From an uncultured Eubacteriales bacterium (GTDB taxonomy: Bacteria; Bacillota; Clostridia; Christensenellales; DTU072), in NCBI GenBank assembly GCA_902766965.1, contig CACXFJ010000118.1, positions 1 through 35,079 of the forward strand: a stretch of DNA of 35,079 bases. The letters run 5' to 3'. The position numbers were made by a program, and so were the translations under genes. The notes below the pieces were generated by a model. It made no database searches and was not told the DNA's origin. It worked only from the letters and a program-made list of their open reading frames with translations. Within the stretch, counting starts at the first letter, position 1. The number at the start of each line of letters is the position of its first letter. Positions 13,520 to 26,443 of this stretch are shown here, in pieces.

Positions 13520-13548
13520 ATCTTAGTTATTTCGTGTTTTTTTGTCAA
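13520..13548 (-). promoter_or_regulatory. Sigma-A-type promoter of the RluA-family gene
   Basis: Minus strand TTGACA(13548-13543)-17 bp-TAAGAT(13525-13520); an overlapping TATAAT at 13520-13515; no SD before ATG 13510. Confidence 0.55.
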
Positions 13549-13627
13549 GTAAATTAGTTTATCCGACGAGAAAACGTAACTTCGCCGCGAGGGTTTTTTT
13601 CGGGGGGAAACATAGGTTGTTTTTGCC

Positions 13628-13656
13628 TTGACAAAAAAGTGTTTAAGCGTTACAAT
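13628..13656 (+). promoter_or_regulatory. Sigma-A promoter of the F1Fo operon
   Basis: TTGACA(13628-13633)-17 bp-TACAAT(13651-13656). Confidence 0.75.
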
Positions 13657-13702
13657 AAACTATTATTAAAAAATATATATTATTATTTGAGGTAATTATA
13701 TT

Positions 13703-14389
13703 ATGTTAGGCGTTTTACTTGCGGCAAACGACGTCAACGAAAAGCTGACGGAAACGTTATCTCCCGAAAAGGTAAGTCTTTTCGGCACGAGCGTAATGGT
13801 CAATCCGTCTTTCTACACCGCTCTCGCCGTGTCCGCTATTCTTATCGTTGCGGCGATTATTTTAAGATTTACCGTCGTGAACAAGATGAAAGACGTTCCC
13901 GGTAAGGTTCAGACGATACTCGAAATGTTCGTGGGCGGATTTTCGAAAATGGCGGAAGGCAAGTATTCCGGTTTTGTCGGCGGATATATAGCGATAGCCG
14001 CTATCTACATAGGCTTAGGCACGCTTGTGGAACTTTTAGGTTTTCGTCCCATCATGGCGGACCTTAACGCCTGCGTGGCTATGGGCGTGTCCACTTTCGG
14101 ACTTATATTTTTCTACGGTTTCAAAGCCAACGGAAAAAACCGTCTTAAACATTTCCTTAACCCGATTAACATCGTTACGGACTTAGCGGTTCCCGTAAGT
14201 CTGTCTTTCCGTCTGTTCGGTTCTATAATGAGCGGTTTGCTTATTACCGAACTTGTCTATTCGTTCCTGTTTACGTCGTTCGTCGTACCCGTAATAGTGA
14301 GCGTCATCACTACGTTATTCCACGCCTTCATTCAGGCGTATATATTTGCTACTTTGTCCACTCTGTTTATCGCAGAGGCGACGGAATAA
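13703..14389 (+). CDS. atpB: F1Fo ATP synthase subunit a
   Basis: Hydrophobic; VPGKVQ, PIMADLN, SLSFRLFG (essential Arg), FIQAYIF. Confidence 0.92.
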   Translation: MLGVLLAANDVNEKLTETLSPEKVSLFGTSVMVNPSFYTALAVSAILIVAAIILRFTVVNKMKDVPGKVQTILEMFVGGFSKMAEGKYSGFVGGYIAIAAIYIGLGTLVELLGFRPIMADLNACVAMGVSTFGLIFFYGFKANGKNRLKHFLNPINIVTDLAVPVSLSFRLFGSIMSGLLITELVYSFLFTSFVVPVIVSVITTLFHAFIQAYIFATLSTLFIAEATE

Positions 14390-14653
<264 letters not shown>

Positions 14654-14664
14654 CGAGGTAAGAA

Positions 14665-15195
14665 ATGGATTTTTTCAGCAAGGAAATTATTCTCGGACTT
14701 ACCGTTCAGGAATTTTTGTTGCATTTGCTTAACTTCGTCATACTCATCGTAGTGTTAAGACTTCTTCTTTACAAACCCGTAAAGAAGTTTATGAAAAAAC
14801 GCGACGAAAAGTATAAAGCGGCGCAGGAAAGTTACGAAAATGCGATAAAAAAGACCGAAAGTGCGGAGAAAGACGCCGAGAAGATAATTGACGACGCGCA
14901 CGAAGAGGCGGTTCATATCGCGGAAGAAGCGCATGCTACCGCTATGGTTCAGGCGAGCGAAATTATTGAAGGCGCCAACGAAGAAGCGAAAAGAATAAAA
15001 AAGAGAGCGATAGAAGACGGCGAAAAGGCGAGAGAAAAGGAGAAAGAGAATCTCTACTATTCCATCTCCGACCTTGCCGTGGATATATCGAAAAAGATTA
15101 TCGGCAGGGAAATAAATTCCGCCGACAACGACGCCTTTATCGACAATTTGCTCGACGGTATAAAGAAGAAGGACGAAGAAAAGAAAGATGCGTAA
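14665..15195 (+). CDS. atpF: F1Fo ATP synthase subunit b
   Basis: N-terminal TM with LNF..L...LLYKPV..FMKKR, long coiled coil, SKKII. Confidence 0.9.
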   Translation: MDFFSKEIILGLTVQEFLLHLLNFVILIVVLRLLLYKPVKKFMKKRDEKYKAAQESYENAIKKTESAEKDAEKIIDDAHEEAVHIAEEAHATAMVQASEIIEGANEEAKRIKKRAIEDGEKAREKEKENLYYSISDLAVDISKKIIGREINSADNDAFIDNLLDGIKKKDEEKKDA

Positions 15196-16931
15196 TATCA
15201 CGGTAAAAACATCGGTGACTCTTACCTCGCCGCAACGTAAAAGGTTGGCGGACTTTCTTAAAGAGAGATACGCGGGCGAAGAAATAACGATTACCTACGC
15301 CGAAGAGAAAAATCTTATCGGCGGTATCGTCATAGAGGACGGAGAAACCGTTTTCGACGGTAGCGTAGCGTCGGCGTTGTTCTCGTTCCGAAACAAAAGT
15401 AACGCGTACATAACCGAGTCCGTCTCGAAAGGCGAACTCCCCGCGATGTGGAAAAGAGAACTGTTAGAAAAAGTTCCCACCACGCCGCATACCGTCAATT
15501 ACGGCAGAGTCATTACTTGCGCCGACGGTATTCTTACCGTCGAAGGGCTTAAAGAATGTCGGTATTACGAACTTCTCGAAATAGGCACCGGCGGCTACGC
15601 AGTCGCTATGAACCTTATGTCCGACTCGGTAAAAGCGATGCTTATTACCGCCGACAGGAACATAGAATACGGCGTAACCGTCAAGTGTACGGGAAGAATA
15701 GTCGAAGTACCCGTAGGCGAAACCCTTTTAGGGAGAGTGGTAAATCCCCTCGGAAAGCCTGTCGACGGAAGAGAAATTTTACATTTCGACAAGGTAAGAC
15801 CTATCGAAAATCCCGCTCCGCCCATAATAGACCGAGCGAAAGTAAGCAGACCTTTGCAGACGGGTATACTTGCTATAGACAGTATGATACCTATCGGTAA
15901 AGGACAGAGAGAGCTTATTATAGGCGACAGACAGACGGGTAAATCGAGCATAGCCGTAGACGCTATCATAAATCAACGCGACAAGGACGTAATCTGCGTG
16001 TACGTCGCGATAGGACAGAGAGCAAGTTCGGTAAGTAAACTTATCGCTAAACTGAAAGACGCCGACGCAATGAAGAATACGGTAATCGTGGCAAGCACCG
16101 CGTCCGACTCGGCGGCGTTGCAGTACATAGCTCCGTACACGGGTTGCGCCATAGGCGAAGAGTTTATGGAACAGGGTAAAGACGTACTTATTATTTACGA
16201 CGACCTTACAAAACACGCCAACGCGTACAGAACGATAAGCCTTCTCTTAAAACGCCCGTCGGGAAGAGAAGCGTACCCCGGCGACGTGTTCTATATCCAT
16301 TCGAGACTTCTTGAAAGAAGCGCGCAGCTGTCGCAGGAAAAGGGCGGCGGAAGTATGACCGCGATACCCATAATAGAAACGCAGGCGGGGGATATTTCTC
16401 AATACATTCCGACCAACGTAATCAGTATAACCGACGGACAGATTTATCTCGAAAGCGAACTTTTCCACGCAGGTATAAGACCTGCCGTAAACGTAGGACT
16501 TTCGGTAAGCCGCGTCGGCGGAAGCGCGCAGTATCCCGCCGTAAGGAAACTGTCGAGTAAATTAAGGTTGGAACTCGCGCATTTCAGAGAGATGGCGTTG
16601 TTTACGCAGTTCGGCGCGGAAGTGGACGAAGATACGAGAAGAATACTTCAAAAAGGCGAAAAAGTCACCGAAGTTCTGAAACAGAAAGAAGGCGACCCGA
16701 TGAGCGTGGACAGAGAGATAATAACGCTGTACCTAATTAACGGCGAACTCGAATATATTCCGAAAGAAGAAGTCAAACGCTATATAGAAGGTTTTTACAA
16801 CTATATGGTGAACACCGATTTCAGCACGTTGAAACATCTTCGAGCCGAAGGAAAACTTACCGACGATATAGTAAAGGTCTTGGAAGATAACCTGACTAAC
16901 TACAACGCATATTATTTTAACGAGAGAAAGA

Positions 16932-16945
<14 letters not shown>
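15188..16945 (+). CDS. atpA: F1 subunit alpha with N-terminally fused delta (OSCP) C-terminal domain
   Basis: GQRELIIGDRQTGKS, PSGREAYPGDVFY, PTNVISITDGQ; extra ~75 N-terminal aa with delta-like VKTSVTL...NLIGGIVIEDGETVFDGSV. Confidence 0.93.
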
Positions 16946-19608
<2,663 letters not shown>

Positions 19609-19626
19609 ACGAAGGAGGATTCGCCG

Positions 19627-21849
19627 ATGACGCTCAAAAAAACCAACAGGAAAGCGTATTATTATAAGGGAAGAAAATTATCGGGGAAAGAACTATCGTC
19701 ATACGACCTTACGGACGCGTACAAAGGCACTGTCGCGTTCTCGATTTTGGACGCGCACAACGTCGACAAACCCACCGAAAAGGGAAAACAGCTAAAACTT
19801 AAATTCGACTGTCTTGCGTCGCACGACATAACGTACGTCGGAATAATTCAGACCGCCAAGGCGAGCGGACTTAATAAGTTTCCTATCCCGTACGTTTTAA
19901 CAAACTGCCACAACAGCCTTTGCGCCGTCGGCGGCACGATTAACGAAGACGACCACAATTTCGGATATTCCGCCGCAAAAAAGTACGGCGGTATTTACGT
20001 CCCCGCCCATCAGGGAGTAATCCACAGCTATATGAGAGAGAGAATGGCGGGTTGCGGCAAAATGATTCTCGGCAGCGATTCTCACACCCGTTACGGCGCG
20101 CTCGGCACGCTTGCGATAGGCGAAGGGGGAGGAGAACTCGTAAAACAACTCCTTGACCAAACCTACGATATACTCTATCCCGACGTCGTCGGGGTGGAAC
20201 TCGTCGGCAAACCGAAAAAAGGCGTCGGACCGCAGGACGTGGCGCTCACCATAATAAAAGAAACTTTCAAATGCGGTTTCGTCAAAAACAAAATTATGGA
20301 GTTTTTCGGATCGGGAATAAAAAATCTCCCCGTCGAATACAGAAACGGTATCGACGTAATGACTACGGAAACCACTTGTTTAAGTTCGGTTTGGGTTACC
20401 GACGAAGCGGTTAAGGAATACCTTACAGAGCATAACCGTGCCGACGAATACAAGGAATTAAAGCAAAAAAACCTTTGCTGTTACGACGCGGTCATTAAGG
20501 TAAATTTATCTAAGATAGAACCTATGATAGCGTTGCCGTTCCATCCGAGTAACGCGATAACCATTAAAGAACTTTTGTCAAATCCGTATAAATATCTGTC
20601 GGAATGCGAAAAACGCGGAAACGAACTTATAAAGAAAGGTTTTTTCCGTCTTACCGATAAAATTACCCCCGACGGAAAAATCAAAGTAGACCAAGCGATT
20701 ATCGCGGGCTGCGCCGGCGGAACTTACGACAATATCGAAGAGGCTTGCGCTATTTTACGAGGACACGGAGTGGGCGGAAAACTATCGGTAAGCGTTTATC
20801 CCGGAAGTATGCCCACATATATCGACCTGTCGAAAAAAGGTTTGCTCGCAGAACTTATGACGGAAGGGGTGAACGTAAAGACGGCGTTTTGCGGACCGTG
20901 TTTCGGAGCGGGCGACGTCCCCGCGAACAACGGACTTTCGATAAGACACACGACGAGAAACTTCGAGTCGAGAGAAGGGAGCAAGCCGGGCGAAGGACAG
21001 CTTGCCTGCGTCGCTTTGATGGACGCAAGGAGCATAGCCGCTACCGCGCGTAACGGCGGATACCTTACTCCCGCGACCGACGTAGATTACGTTTATAAGA
21101 AGAAAAAGGCAGTTTACGACGATAGTATTTACAAGATAAGAATCACCGATTGTTTCGGTAAAGGCGATATAAACTACCCTCTTTGCTACGGACCGAACAT
21201 AGCCGACTGGCCCGAAATGCAACCGCTTAAAGACAATCTTATTATGAAAGTGGCTGCGAAAATCGACGACGCGGTGACTACCACGGACGAACTTATTCCG
21301 AGCGGAGAAACGAGTTCTTACAGATCCAATCCCTTACGTCTTGCGGAATTTACGTTGAGCAGGAAACGTCCCGACTACGTCGGAAAGGCGAAAAAAATAG
21401 CGGAAGACGCCCTGTCGGAAAGTTTGCCCGACGAGTACGCCGAGGCGGTTAAACTTACAAAAATAGACGGAAGTATCGAAATAGGCAGCGTAATTTACGC
21501 CGTTAAACCGGGGGACGGAAGCGCGAGAGAACAAGCGGCGTCGTGTCAGAGAGTTTTGGGCGGAGTAGCGAATATAGCTAAAGAGTACGCGACGAAACGA
21601 TACAGAAGTAATTTAATAAACTGGGGAATGTTGCCATTTATTTACGACGGCGACGACATTCTTTGCGACGATATAATAGTAGTTAAGGACGTAAAGAAAG
21701 TGTTTGACGAAGGGAAGACGGACGCGTACGTCGTAAGAAACGGTCAAGTCAAAAAAATAGTTTTGCGTATGGACGCCGTCACGGCGAGAGAAAAGGAAAT
21801 AATACTTGCCGGGTGCCTTATAAACGCTAACAGAAAGGACGTAAAATAA
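19627..21849 (+). CDS. ybhJ: Aconitase-family Fe-S hydratase (YbhJ-like)
   Basis: SHDITYVGIIQTA, LTNCHNSLCAVGGTINEDDH, GSDSHTRYG, cluster Cys in AGCAGG and FCGPCFG, TTTDELIPSGE, GSAREQAASCQ. Confidence 0.88.
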   Translation: MTLKKTNRKAYYYKGRKLSGKELSSYDLTDAYKGTVAFSILDAHNVDKPTEKGKQLKLKFDCLASHDITYVGIIQTAKASGLNKFPIPYVLTNCHNSLCAVGGTINEDDHNFGYSAAKKYGGIYVPAHQGVIHSYMRERMAGCGKMILGSDSHTRYGALGTLAIGEGGGELVKQLLDQTYDILYPDVVGVELVGKPKKGVGPQDVALTIIKETFKCGFVKNKIMEFFGSGIKNLPVEYRNGIDVMTTETTCLSSVWVTDEAVKEYLTEHNRADEYKELKQKNLCCYDAVIKVNLSKIEPMIALPFHPSNAITIKELLSNPYKYLSECEKRGNELIKKGFFRLTDKITPDGKIKVDQAIIAGCAGGTYDNIEEACAILRGHGVGGKLSVSVYPGSMPTYIDLSKKGLLAELMTEGVNVKTAFCGPCFGAGDVPANNGLSIRHTTRNFESREGSKPGEGQLACVALMDARSIAATARNGGYLTPATDVDYVYKKKKAVYDDSIYKIRITDCFGKGDINYPLCYGPNIADWPEMQPLKDNLIMKVAAKIDDAVTTTDELIPSGETSSYRSNPLRLAEFTLSRKRPDYVGKAKKIAEDALSESLPDEYAEAVKLTKIDGSIEIGSVIYAVKPGDGSAREQAASCQRVLGGVANIAKEYATKRYRSNLINWGMLPFIYDGDDILCDDIIVVKDVKKVFDEGKTDAYVVRNGQVKKIVLRMDAVTAREKEIILAGCLINANRKDVK

Positions 21850-21853
21850 GTTT

Positions 21854-22855
21854 ATGAGAGTAATTGCGGGGAAATATCGGGGAAGAAAAATAATAAGCCC
21901 CGTCGGAAACGACGTAAGACCTACTACCGACAAGATTAAAGAAACCCTCTTTAATATTTTGCAGTACGATATTGCCGACGCGGTAGTGGTAGACCTTTTC
22001 GGCGGTACGGGCGGACTCGGAGTGGAAGCGCTTAGTCGCGGCGCGAAAAAGGTCTATTTTTGCGATATAGATAACCGCTCTCTTAACCTCATCAAACAAA
22101 ACGTTTCTTTTTGCGACAGGTCGGAGTACGAAATAATAAAGGGCGATTACGCCGATTGCATCCGCCGACTTGCGTTAAGGGGAGTTAAAGCCGATATAAT
22201 AATTTGCGATCCGCCGTACAGATTTAAGGAAGGGGAAAGGATACTCGCTAAAATAAAAGAATACGATTTTCTTAACGACGGCGGCGTAATAACGATAGAG
22301 AGAGCTGCCGACGACGGAGCTTTGCCCGACAGAGAGTATTTTCTCGAATCGACGAGAGTTTACGGCAACGTTTCTTTGGACATATTCCGTAACGCGTCGA
22401 AAGTGGCGGTCACGGGTAGTTTCGACCCATTCACGACGGGGCATAAATTTCTTGTGGAAAAGGGGCTGGAAAGTTTCGGCGCGGTGTACGTAGTAATGTT
22501 AGTTAACGAAAACAAAACTCCGTTTCTCTCGGTCGAAAACCGCCTTAAAATAATAGAAAACTCGTTGAGAGAGTATAAAAGACGGGTAAAAATCGAGTTT
22601 TTTAGCGGACTTACTATTGACTATTGCCGTGAAAAAGGTATACCATATATAATAAGAGGGGTAAGAAGCCCCGAAGATTTTGCTTATGAAAGAGCAATGG
22701 CGGATTACAATCTGCGTAACGGCGGAGTAGAAACTCTTTTTATCGAAGCCGAAGATAAAAAGTTGAGCAGCACTCTCGTAAAAGACAAGTTTTTGAAAGG
22801 AGAATCGTTGTCGGAATACGTTTGCGAAGACGCGGTAAAGTACGTCAAGCCGTAA
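21854..22855 (+). CDS. rsmD-coaD: Fusion of 16S rRNA m2G966 methyltransferase RsmD and phosphopantetheine adenylyltransferase CoaD
   Basis: aa 1-180: MRVIAG, RPTTD, DLFGGTG, EALSRGA, DPPY; aa ~183-333: GSFDPFTTGH, IRGVR..DFAYE, LSSTLVK; one uninterrupted ORF. Confidence 0.9.
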   Translation: MRVIAGKYRGRKIISPVGNDVRPTTDKIKETLFNILQYDIADAVVVDLFGGTGGLGVEALSRGAKKVYFCDIDNRSLNLIKQNVSFCDRSEYEIIKGDYADCIRRLALRGVKADIIICDPPYRFKEGERILAKIKEYDFLNDGGVITIERAADDGALPDREYFLESTRVYGNVSLDIFRNASKVAVTGSFDPFTTGHKFLVEKGLESFGAVYVVMLVNENKTPFLSVENRLKIIENSLREYKRRVKIEFFSGLTIDYCREKGIPYIIRGVRSPEDFAYERAMADYNLRNGGVETLFIEAEDKKLSSTLVKDKFLKGESLSEYVCEDAVKYVKP

Positions 22856-22874
22856 CTACGGCCGAGGAGGAAAA

Positions 22875-23321
22875 ATGGAAGATATAAATTTATTGCTCAG
22901 TTATATAGAAACGGAAGTTATCGAAGGGAAAAGAACCATTATGGGCAACGGGATTATAGTAAACGGCGAAAACGTACTTAATCTCGTGAAAAGAATCCGC
23001 ATTTCGCTTAACGAACTCGACGGGAGCAACGTTCTTGCCGAAGCCAACGACAAAGCGCAGAAAATAGTCGCCACCGCCGAACAGCGTAAAGAGCAAATTC
23101 TGGACGAAAGCATAATAATAGCCGAAGCCAAAGCCATCGCCGAAAAGACGGTAAGAGACGCGGCGGTAAAGAGAGAGCAGATAGAAACCATTACCGCGCA
23201 AAACGTAATAAGGAACTTGAATCAGCTGCAAAATATGTTAAAGGGCGTAAGCACGGAAGTAGACTCTTCTATAAAATATTTCGCAGACCAAGTAAGTCCG
23301 AACAGACAGTCAAAGCAGTAG
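22875..23321 (+). CDS. Coiled-coil hypothetical protein (type often found after coaD in Clostridia)
   Basis: SD GAGGAGG; 148 aa with A/E/K-rich helical middle. Confidence 0.7.
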   Translation: MEDINLLLSYIETEVIEGKRTIMGNGIIVNGENVLNLVKRIRISLNELDGSNVLAEANDKAQKIVATAEQRKEQILDESIIIAEAKAIAEKTVRDAAVKREQIETITAQNVIRNLNQLQNMLKGVSTEVDSSIKYFADQVSPNRQSKQ

Positions 23322-24290
23322 CAAAGACAGTAAAAAACATATTAAAAAAGCCAATATCCCTTGCGTCGCCTTAAAAAGCAGATAATACGCAGGGGATATT
23401 TTACATTTACCCAAAAAAGTAAGACTTTGCATAGTCACGCTCAAACCGCCGTTCGTTATTAAAAGGGCGCATATAGGAGCGGTTGTTTTTACGGGAAACC
23501 CCGATTTCGACACGAGAAGACAGCCTTTCGTTATTTCTATAAAAGCCGATACTATTCCTTCGGCGAGCGACTTGTCCACGCCGCATTTTATTAGCGGAAT
23601 AGAAAAAAAATCGATTATTTTCACGTCGGCGCATATATCGAGGACGAGATTGAATACCGCGATGAAGCCTCCCACCACGGCAACGGACAGCAAAGCGGAT
23701 ACCATACTTTTTTTCAACACGCCGTCGGCGTCTATTACGGGAGGAGCGAGAGCGGATTTTTCTTCCGTCGATTTTTTTCTGCGGAAAATAAGACCGTTTA
23801 TCGCTGTCGCGAGATAATGACTTATCAATATGATAAACCCCGCCGTTTTGTCGCCGAGCATCGTTACGCCCACCGTCCCCACGATAAAAAGAGGTCCCGA
23901 AGTGGACGTGAAAGTCGCTGCCGATTTTGCTTCTTCTTTCGTAATAAGTCCGTCGGAATAAAAGTCGGACAGGAGTTTCGCTCCGATAGGGTATCCGCAC
24001 AGAAGGCTCATTACGAAGACGTAACCGGCTACGGGAGGTGCGTTGTAAAGTTTTTTTAACGGTTTTTTCATTACGAGACCCAAGTCGTAGCCGAAGTTAA
24101 GCCCCGAAAGGATAGTGGAAAAGAAGAAGAAAGGGAACAACGCCGGGAAAACGTTAAGGACGAACAAATTAAGACCGTAGCTTACCGACGGCAGATATCT
24201 GTCGGGGAAAATTACGATAGGAACAGTCGCGGCTACCACTAAGGCTATATAAAAATATCGTTTGGAAAAACGAGGCGTCTTTACTTTCAC
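23310..24290 (-). CDS. ylbJ: Sporulation integral membrane protein YlbJ-like
   Basis: VFPALFPFF, SLLCGYPIGAKL, SGPLFIVGTVG, EITKG, GGLSV..Q; position next to rsmD/coaD as in Bacillus and Clostridium; GTG start. Confidence 0.85.
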   Translation of the reverse strand: MKVKTPRFSKRYFYIALVVAATVPIVIFPDRYLPSVSYGLNLFVLNVFPALFPFFFFSTILSGLNFGYDLGLVMKKPLKKLYNAPPVAGYVFVMSLLCGYPIGAKLLSDFYSDGLITKEEAKSAATFTSTSGPLFIVGTVGVTMLGDKTAGFIILISHYLATAINGLIFRRKKSTEEKSALAPPVIDADGVLKKSMVSALLSVAVVGGFIAVFNLVLDICADVKIIDFFSIPLIKCGVDKSLAEGIVSAFIEITKGCLLVSKSGFPVKTTAPICALLITNGGLSVTMQSLTFLGKCKISPAYYLLFKATQGILAFLICFLLSLLLL

Positions 24291-24344
24291 GTTTTAGTTT
24301 ATGAAAAAGAAACGTCGACAAGAATAATTTTTGTTTTTTCGCAG

Positions 24345-24373
24345 GTATAAAAGAAAAAATCCTGACCATAATC
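24345..24373 (+). promoter_or_regulatory. Candidate forespore sigma-F/sigma-G promoter
   Basis: GTATA(24345-24349)-17 bp-CATAAT(24367-24372) resembles the B. subtilis sigF/sigG consensus. Confidence 0.45.
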
Positions 24374-24413
24374 GTAGGGAAAATAAAAAAGCAAGTCCAT
24401 ATGGAGGTAAAAC

Positions 24414-25100
24414 ATGGAAAAGAAACGCGCAACGAACGGAAAATTCAAAACTTTCCTTAAAAAGAACGTGTATTACATTATTATGGGAGTTTGTCTTATC
24501 GCGATAGCCGCGATGATAACGGTAGCTCTCGTAGTCAAAGACAATAAGGACGCAGTCGATCCCGCAGGTCCTTCGCAGGATATCACTCCGCCCGCCGACG
24601 ACGTGGTAAAACCCGACGACGATAAGCCCACGGTAGACCCTACGCCCATAGACCCCGACCCCGTCGTTCCTACGCCCACGGCGATAGTGTTCGCTTGCCC
24701 CGTAGCCGACGTCAATATCCTTAAAGATTATTCTATCGATACGTTGGTTTGGAACGGAACGTTAAAGCATTATGCGGTTCATACCGGTATCGACTTTGCG
24801 GGTAACGACGGCGACAGCGTAATGAGCGCGTATTCGGGGACGGTAAGCAATATCAAATACGACGTCCTTAACGGTTATACCGTGACTATTACCCATAACG
24901 ATAAACTTACCACTACCTATTCTTCTCTTAACGAACCTACCGTAACCGTAGGACAGAGCGTGCTGAAAGGGGAAGTGATAGGCACTATGGGGGTCACCGC
25001 CACTAACGAATATCTCGACGGAGCGCACGTTCATTTCTGTCTTTACGAAAACGGCGAAGTAGCCAATCCGTACGCCTATCTCACCATAGGCGAGAAATAA
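24414..25100 (+). CDS. Membrane-anchored M23 (LytM) peptidase, SpoIIQ-like
   Basis: N-terminal TM after KKNVYY, Pro/Asp-rich linker, HTGID and HVHF zinc motifs. Confidence 0.8.
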   Translation: MEKKRATNGKFKTFLKKNVYYIIMGVCLIAIAAMITVALVVKDNKDAVDPAGPSQDITPPADDVVKPDDDKPTVDPTPIDPDPVVPTPTAIVFACPVADVNILKDYSIDTLVWNGTLKHYAVHTGIDFAGNDGDSVMSAYSGTVSNIKYDVLNGYTVTITHNDKLTTTYSSLNEPTVTVGQSVLKGEVIGTMGVTATNEYLDGAHVHFCLYENGEVANPYAYLTIGEK

Positions 25101-25165
25101 AACGGATAATAAATAACCGCTTTAAAAAAATAAATTACGGTTACTTCGCAACTTAGGAAAAAGCC

Positions 25166-25194
25166 TTGAAAAAAAACGTCGGAAGTTATATACT
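25166..25194 (+). promoter_or_regulatory. Sigma-A promoter of the DUF1858 gene
   Basis: TTGAAA(25166-25171)-17 bp-TATACT(25189-25194). Confidence 0.65.
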
Positions 25195-25237
25195 ATATCC
25201 GTACCAAATAAAAAACAATTACGGAGGTAAAGGATAT

Positions 25238-25444
25238 ATGTTGACCAAAGATATGCTCTTAATCGACGCTTTCAAGACCGAAGGCGTAAACGTAGAAGCT
25301 ATGGCGGAAGTTCTCGGTAATTTCGGAATGCACTGTTTAGGTTGCGCTTTAAGCCACGGCGAAACCATCGAACAAGCCGCTATCGCTCACGGATACGATC
25401 CCGACGAAATGCTCAAAGCTCTTAACGAAGCTGCGAAAGCGTAA
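25238..25444 (+). CDS. DUF1858 / hybrid-cluster-protein-associated redox disulfide domain protein (68 aa)
   Basis: FGMHCLGC, ETIEQAA..HG.D motifs; start moved to ATG 25238 behind SD GGAGGT. Confidence 0.85.
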   Translation: MLTKDMLLIDAFKTEGVNVEAMAEVLGNFGMHCLGCALSHGETIEQAAIAHGYDPDEMLKALNEAAKA

Positions 25445-25468
25445 TACGGTAACGTAAAAATTTATAAT

Positions 25469-25501
25469 TAAGGCGTCGCGAAATGCGACGCCTTAGTTTT
25501 T
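25469..25501. terminator. Intrinsic terminator, probably bidirectional
   Basis: TAAGGCGTCGC-GAAAT-GCGACGCCTTA 11-bp stem followed by GTTTTT, between convergent genes. Confidence 0.85.
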
Positions 25502-25522
25502 GTTAAAAATCAGTTTTTAACA

Positions 25523-26443
25523 TTAAAGAATAAGCAGAACGAGCGGTATAGTCAGCATCGAAAAGATAGTCGACGCAAGCACCGTATAAGACGCCGTTTT
25601 TTGCCCGTCGCCGTAGACTTCGGCGAAGTTAAGCACAAGGCTTGCCGTAGGACAGGCGCAGAGTATTACCATAGTGGCTTTTATCGGATAATCGACGGGA
25701 AGCCAATTTACCGCAAGGAAAGCCAAAAGGGGCATCGCTATAAGTTTCAGCGCGGCGGCTATATATACTCTCGGTTCGGTAAAGAGAGCTTTAATATCGG
25801 ACGTAGCGAAACGCATACCCGCTATCATCATGCATAAAGGAGTGGTCATTTTTCCCAAAAGCCCGATACCGTTGCCTAAGACCGTCGGCAGAGTAGTGCC
25901 TGTGAAGAATAAAGGTAAGGATACGAGAAGAGAAAGCACCGGCGGATTAAGGAAGATTTTTTTCGGGTGAAAATATTTTTTGTCGCCGGTAAGGATAAAA
26001 AATCCGAGCGTCCAGCTCATCACGTTCATTGCGACGATAAAGACCGCGTTGTAGGCGATTACTTCGGGGTTATCGGGGAGTAAGGCTTCGAGTAAGGGTA
26101 TACCGATAAAACCCACGTTACCGAAAGCGGCGGCGAGAGTAAGTATTCTGTTCCGGCAGTCGTCGTACCTTTTGCGGAGTACAACGTAGCACCCTAAAAG
26201 GATAATAAGCATCAAACCGATATTGAGTCCGACGAATATCCCCATATTTTTAACGAGTTCTAATGAGTAGCTCGCTTTTTGAAAAGAATATATGGACAGA
26301 CAAGGTTGACAAACGTACAAAAGAACTTTCGCAAAAGCTTTTATTTGGTCTTCCTTAACGGCTTTCGCCTTTATCAGAATATATCCGGGGATAAAATAAA
26401 GGAAGAGTATAAGAACGTTTATCGCGGTGGCGGAGAACTGCAT
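25523..26443 (-). CDS. AEC (auxin efflux carrier) family transporter
   Basis: About 10 TM helices; FGNVGFIGIP, NPP, KLIAMP, ACPTA motifs; start overlaps the upstream stop (TAATG). Confidence 0.88.
   Translation of the reverse strand: MQFSATAINVLILFLYFIPGYILIKAKAVKEDQIKAFAKVLLYVCQPCLSIYSFQKASYSLELVKNMGIFVGLNIGLMLIILLGCYVVLRKRYDDCRNRILTLAAAFGNVGFIGIPLLEALLPDNPEVIAYNAVFIVAMNVMSWTLGFFILTGDKKYFHPKKIFLNPPVLSLLVSLPLFFTGTTLPTVLGNGIGLLGKMTTPLCMMIAGMRFATSDIKALFTEPRVYIAAALKLIAMPLLAFLAVNWLPVDYPIKATMVILCACPTASLVLNFAEVYGDGQKTASYTVLASTIFSMLTIPLVLLIL

Noticed and set aside
13578-13601. Hairpin plus T-run between the divergent RluA-family and atp promoters
   Set aside because: Weak stem and no upstream transcript on that strand to terminate.
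15428-15448. Internal start at Met87 (ATG 15446) giving a separate 499-aa alpha
   Set aside because: Only a weak AAAGG 13 nt upstream, and the Met aligns within the alpha N-terminal helix. Not excluded, but unsupported.
25166-25237. Longer ORF-track starts (25166, 27192, 27326, 32350)
   Set aside because: The extensions run through predicted promoters or operators and lack an SD; downstream starts fit better.
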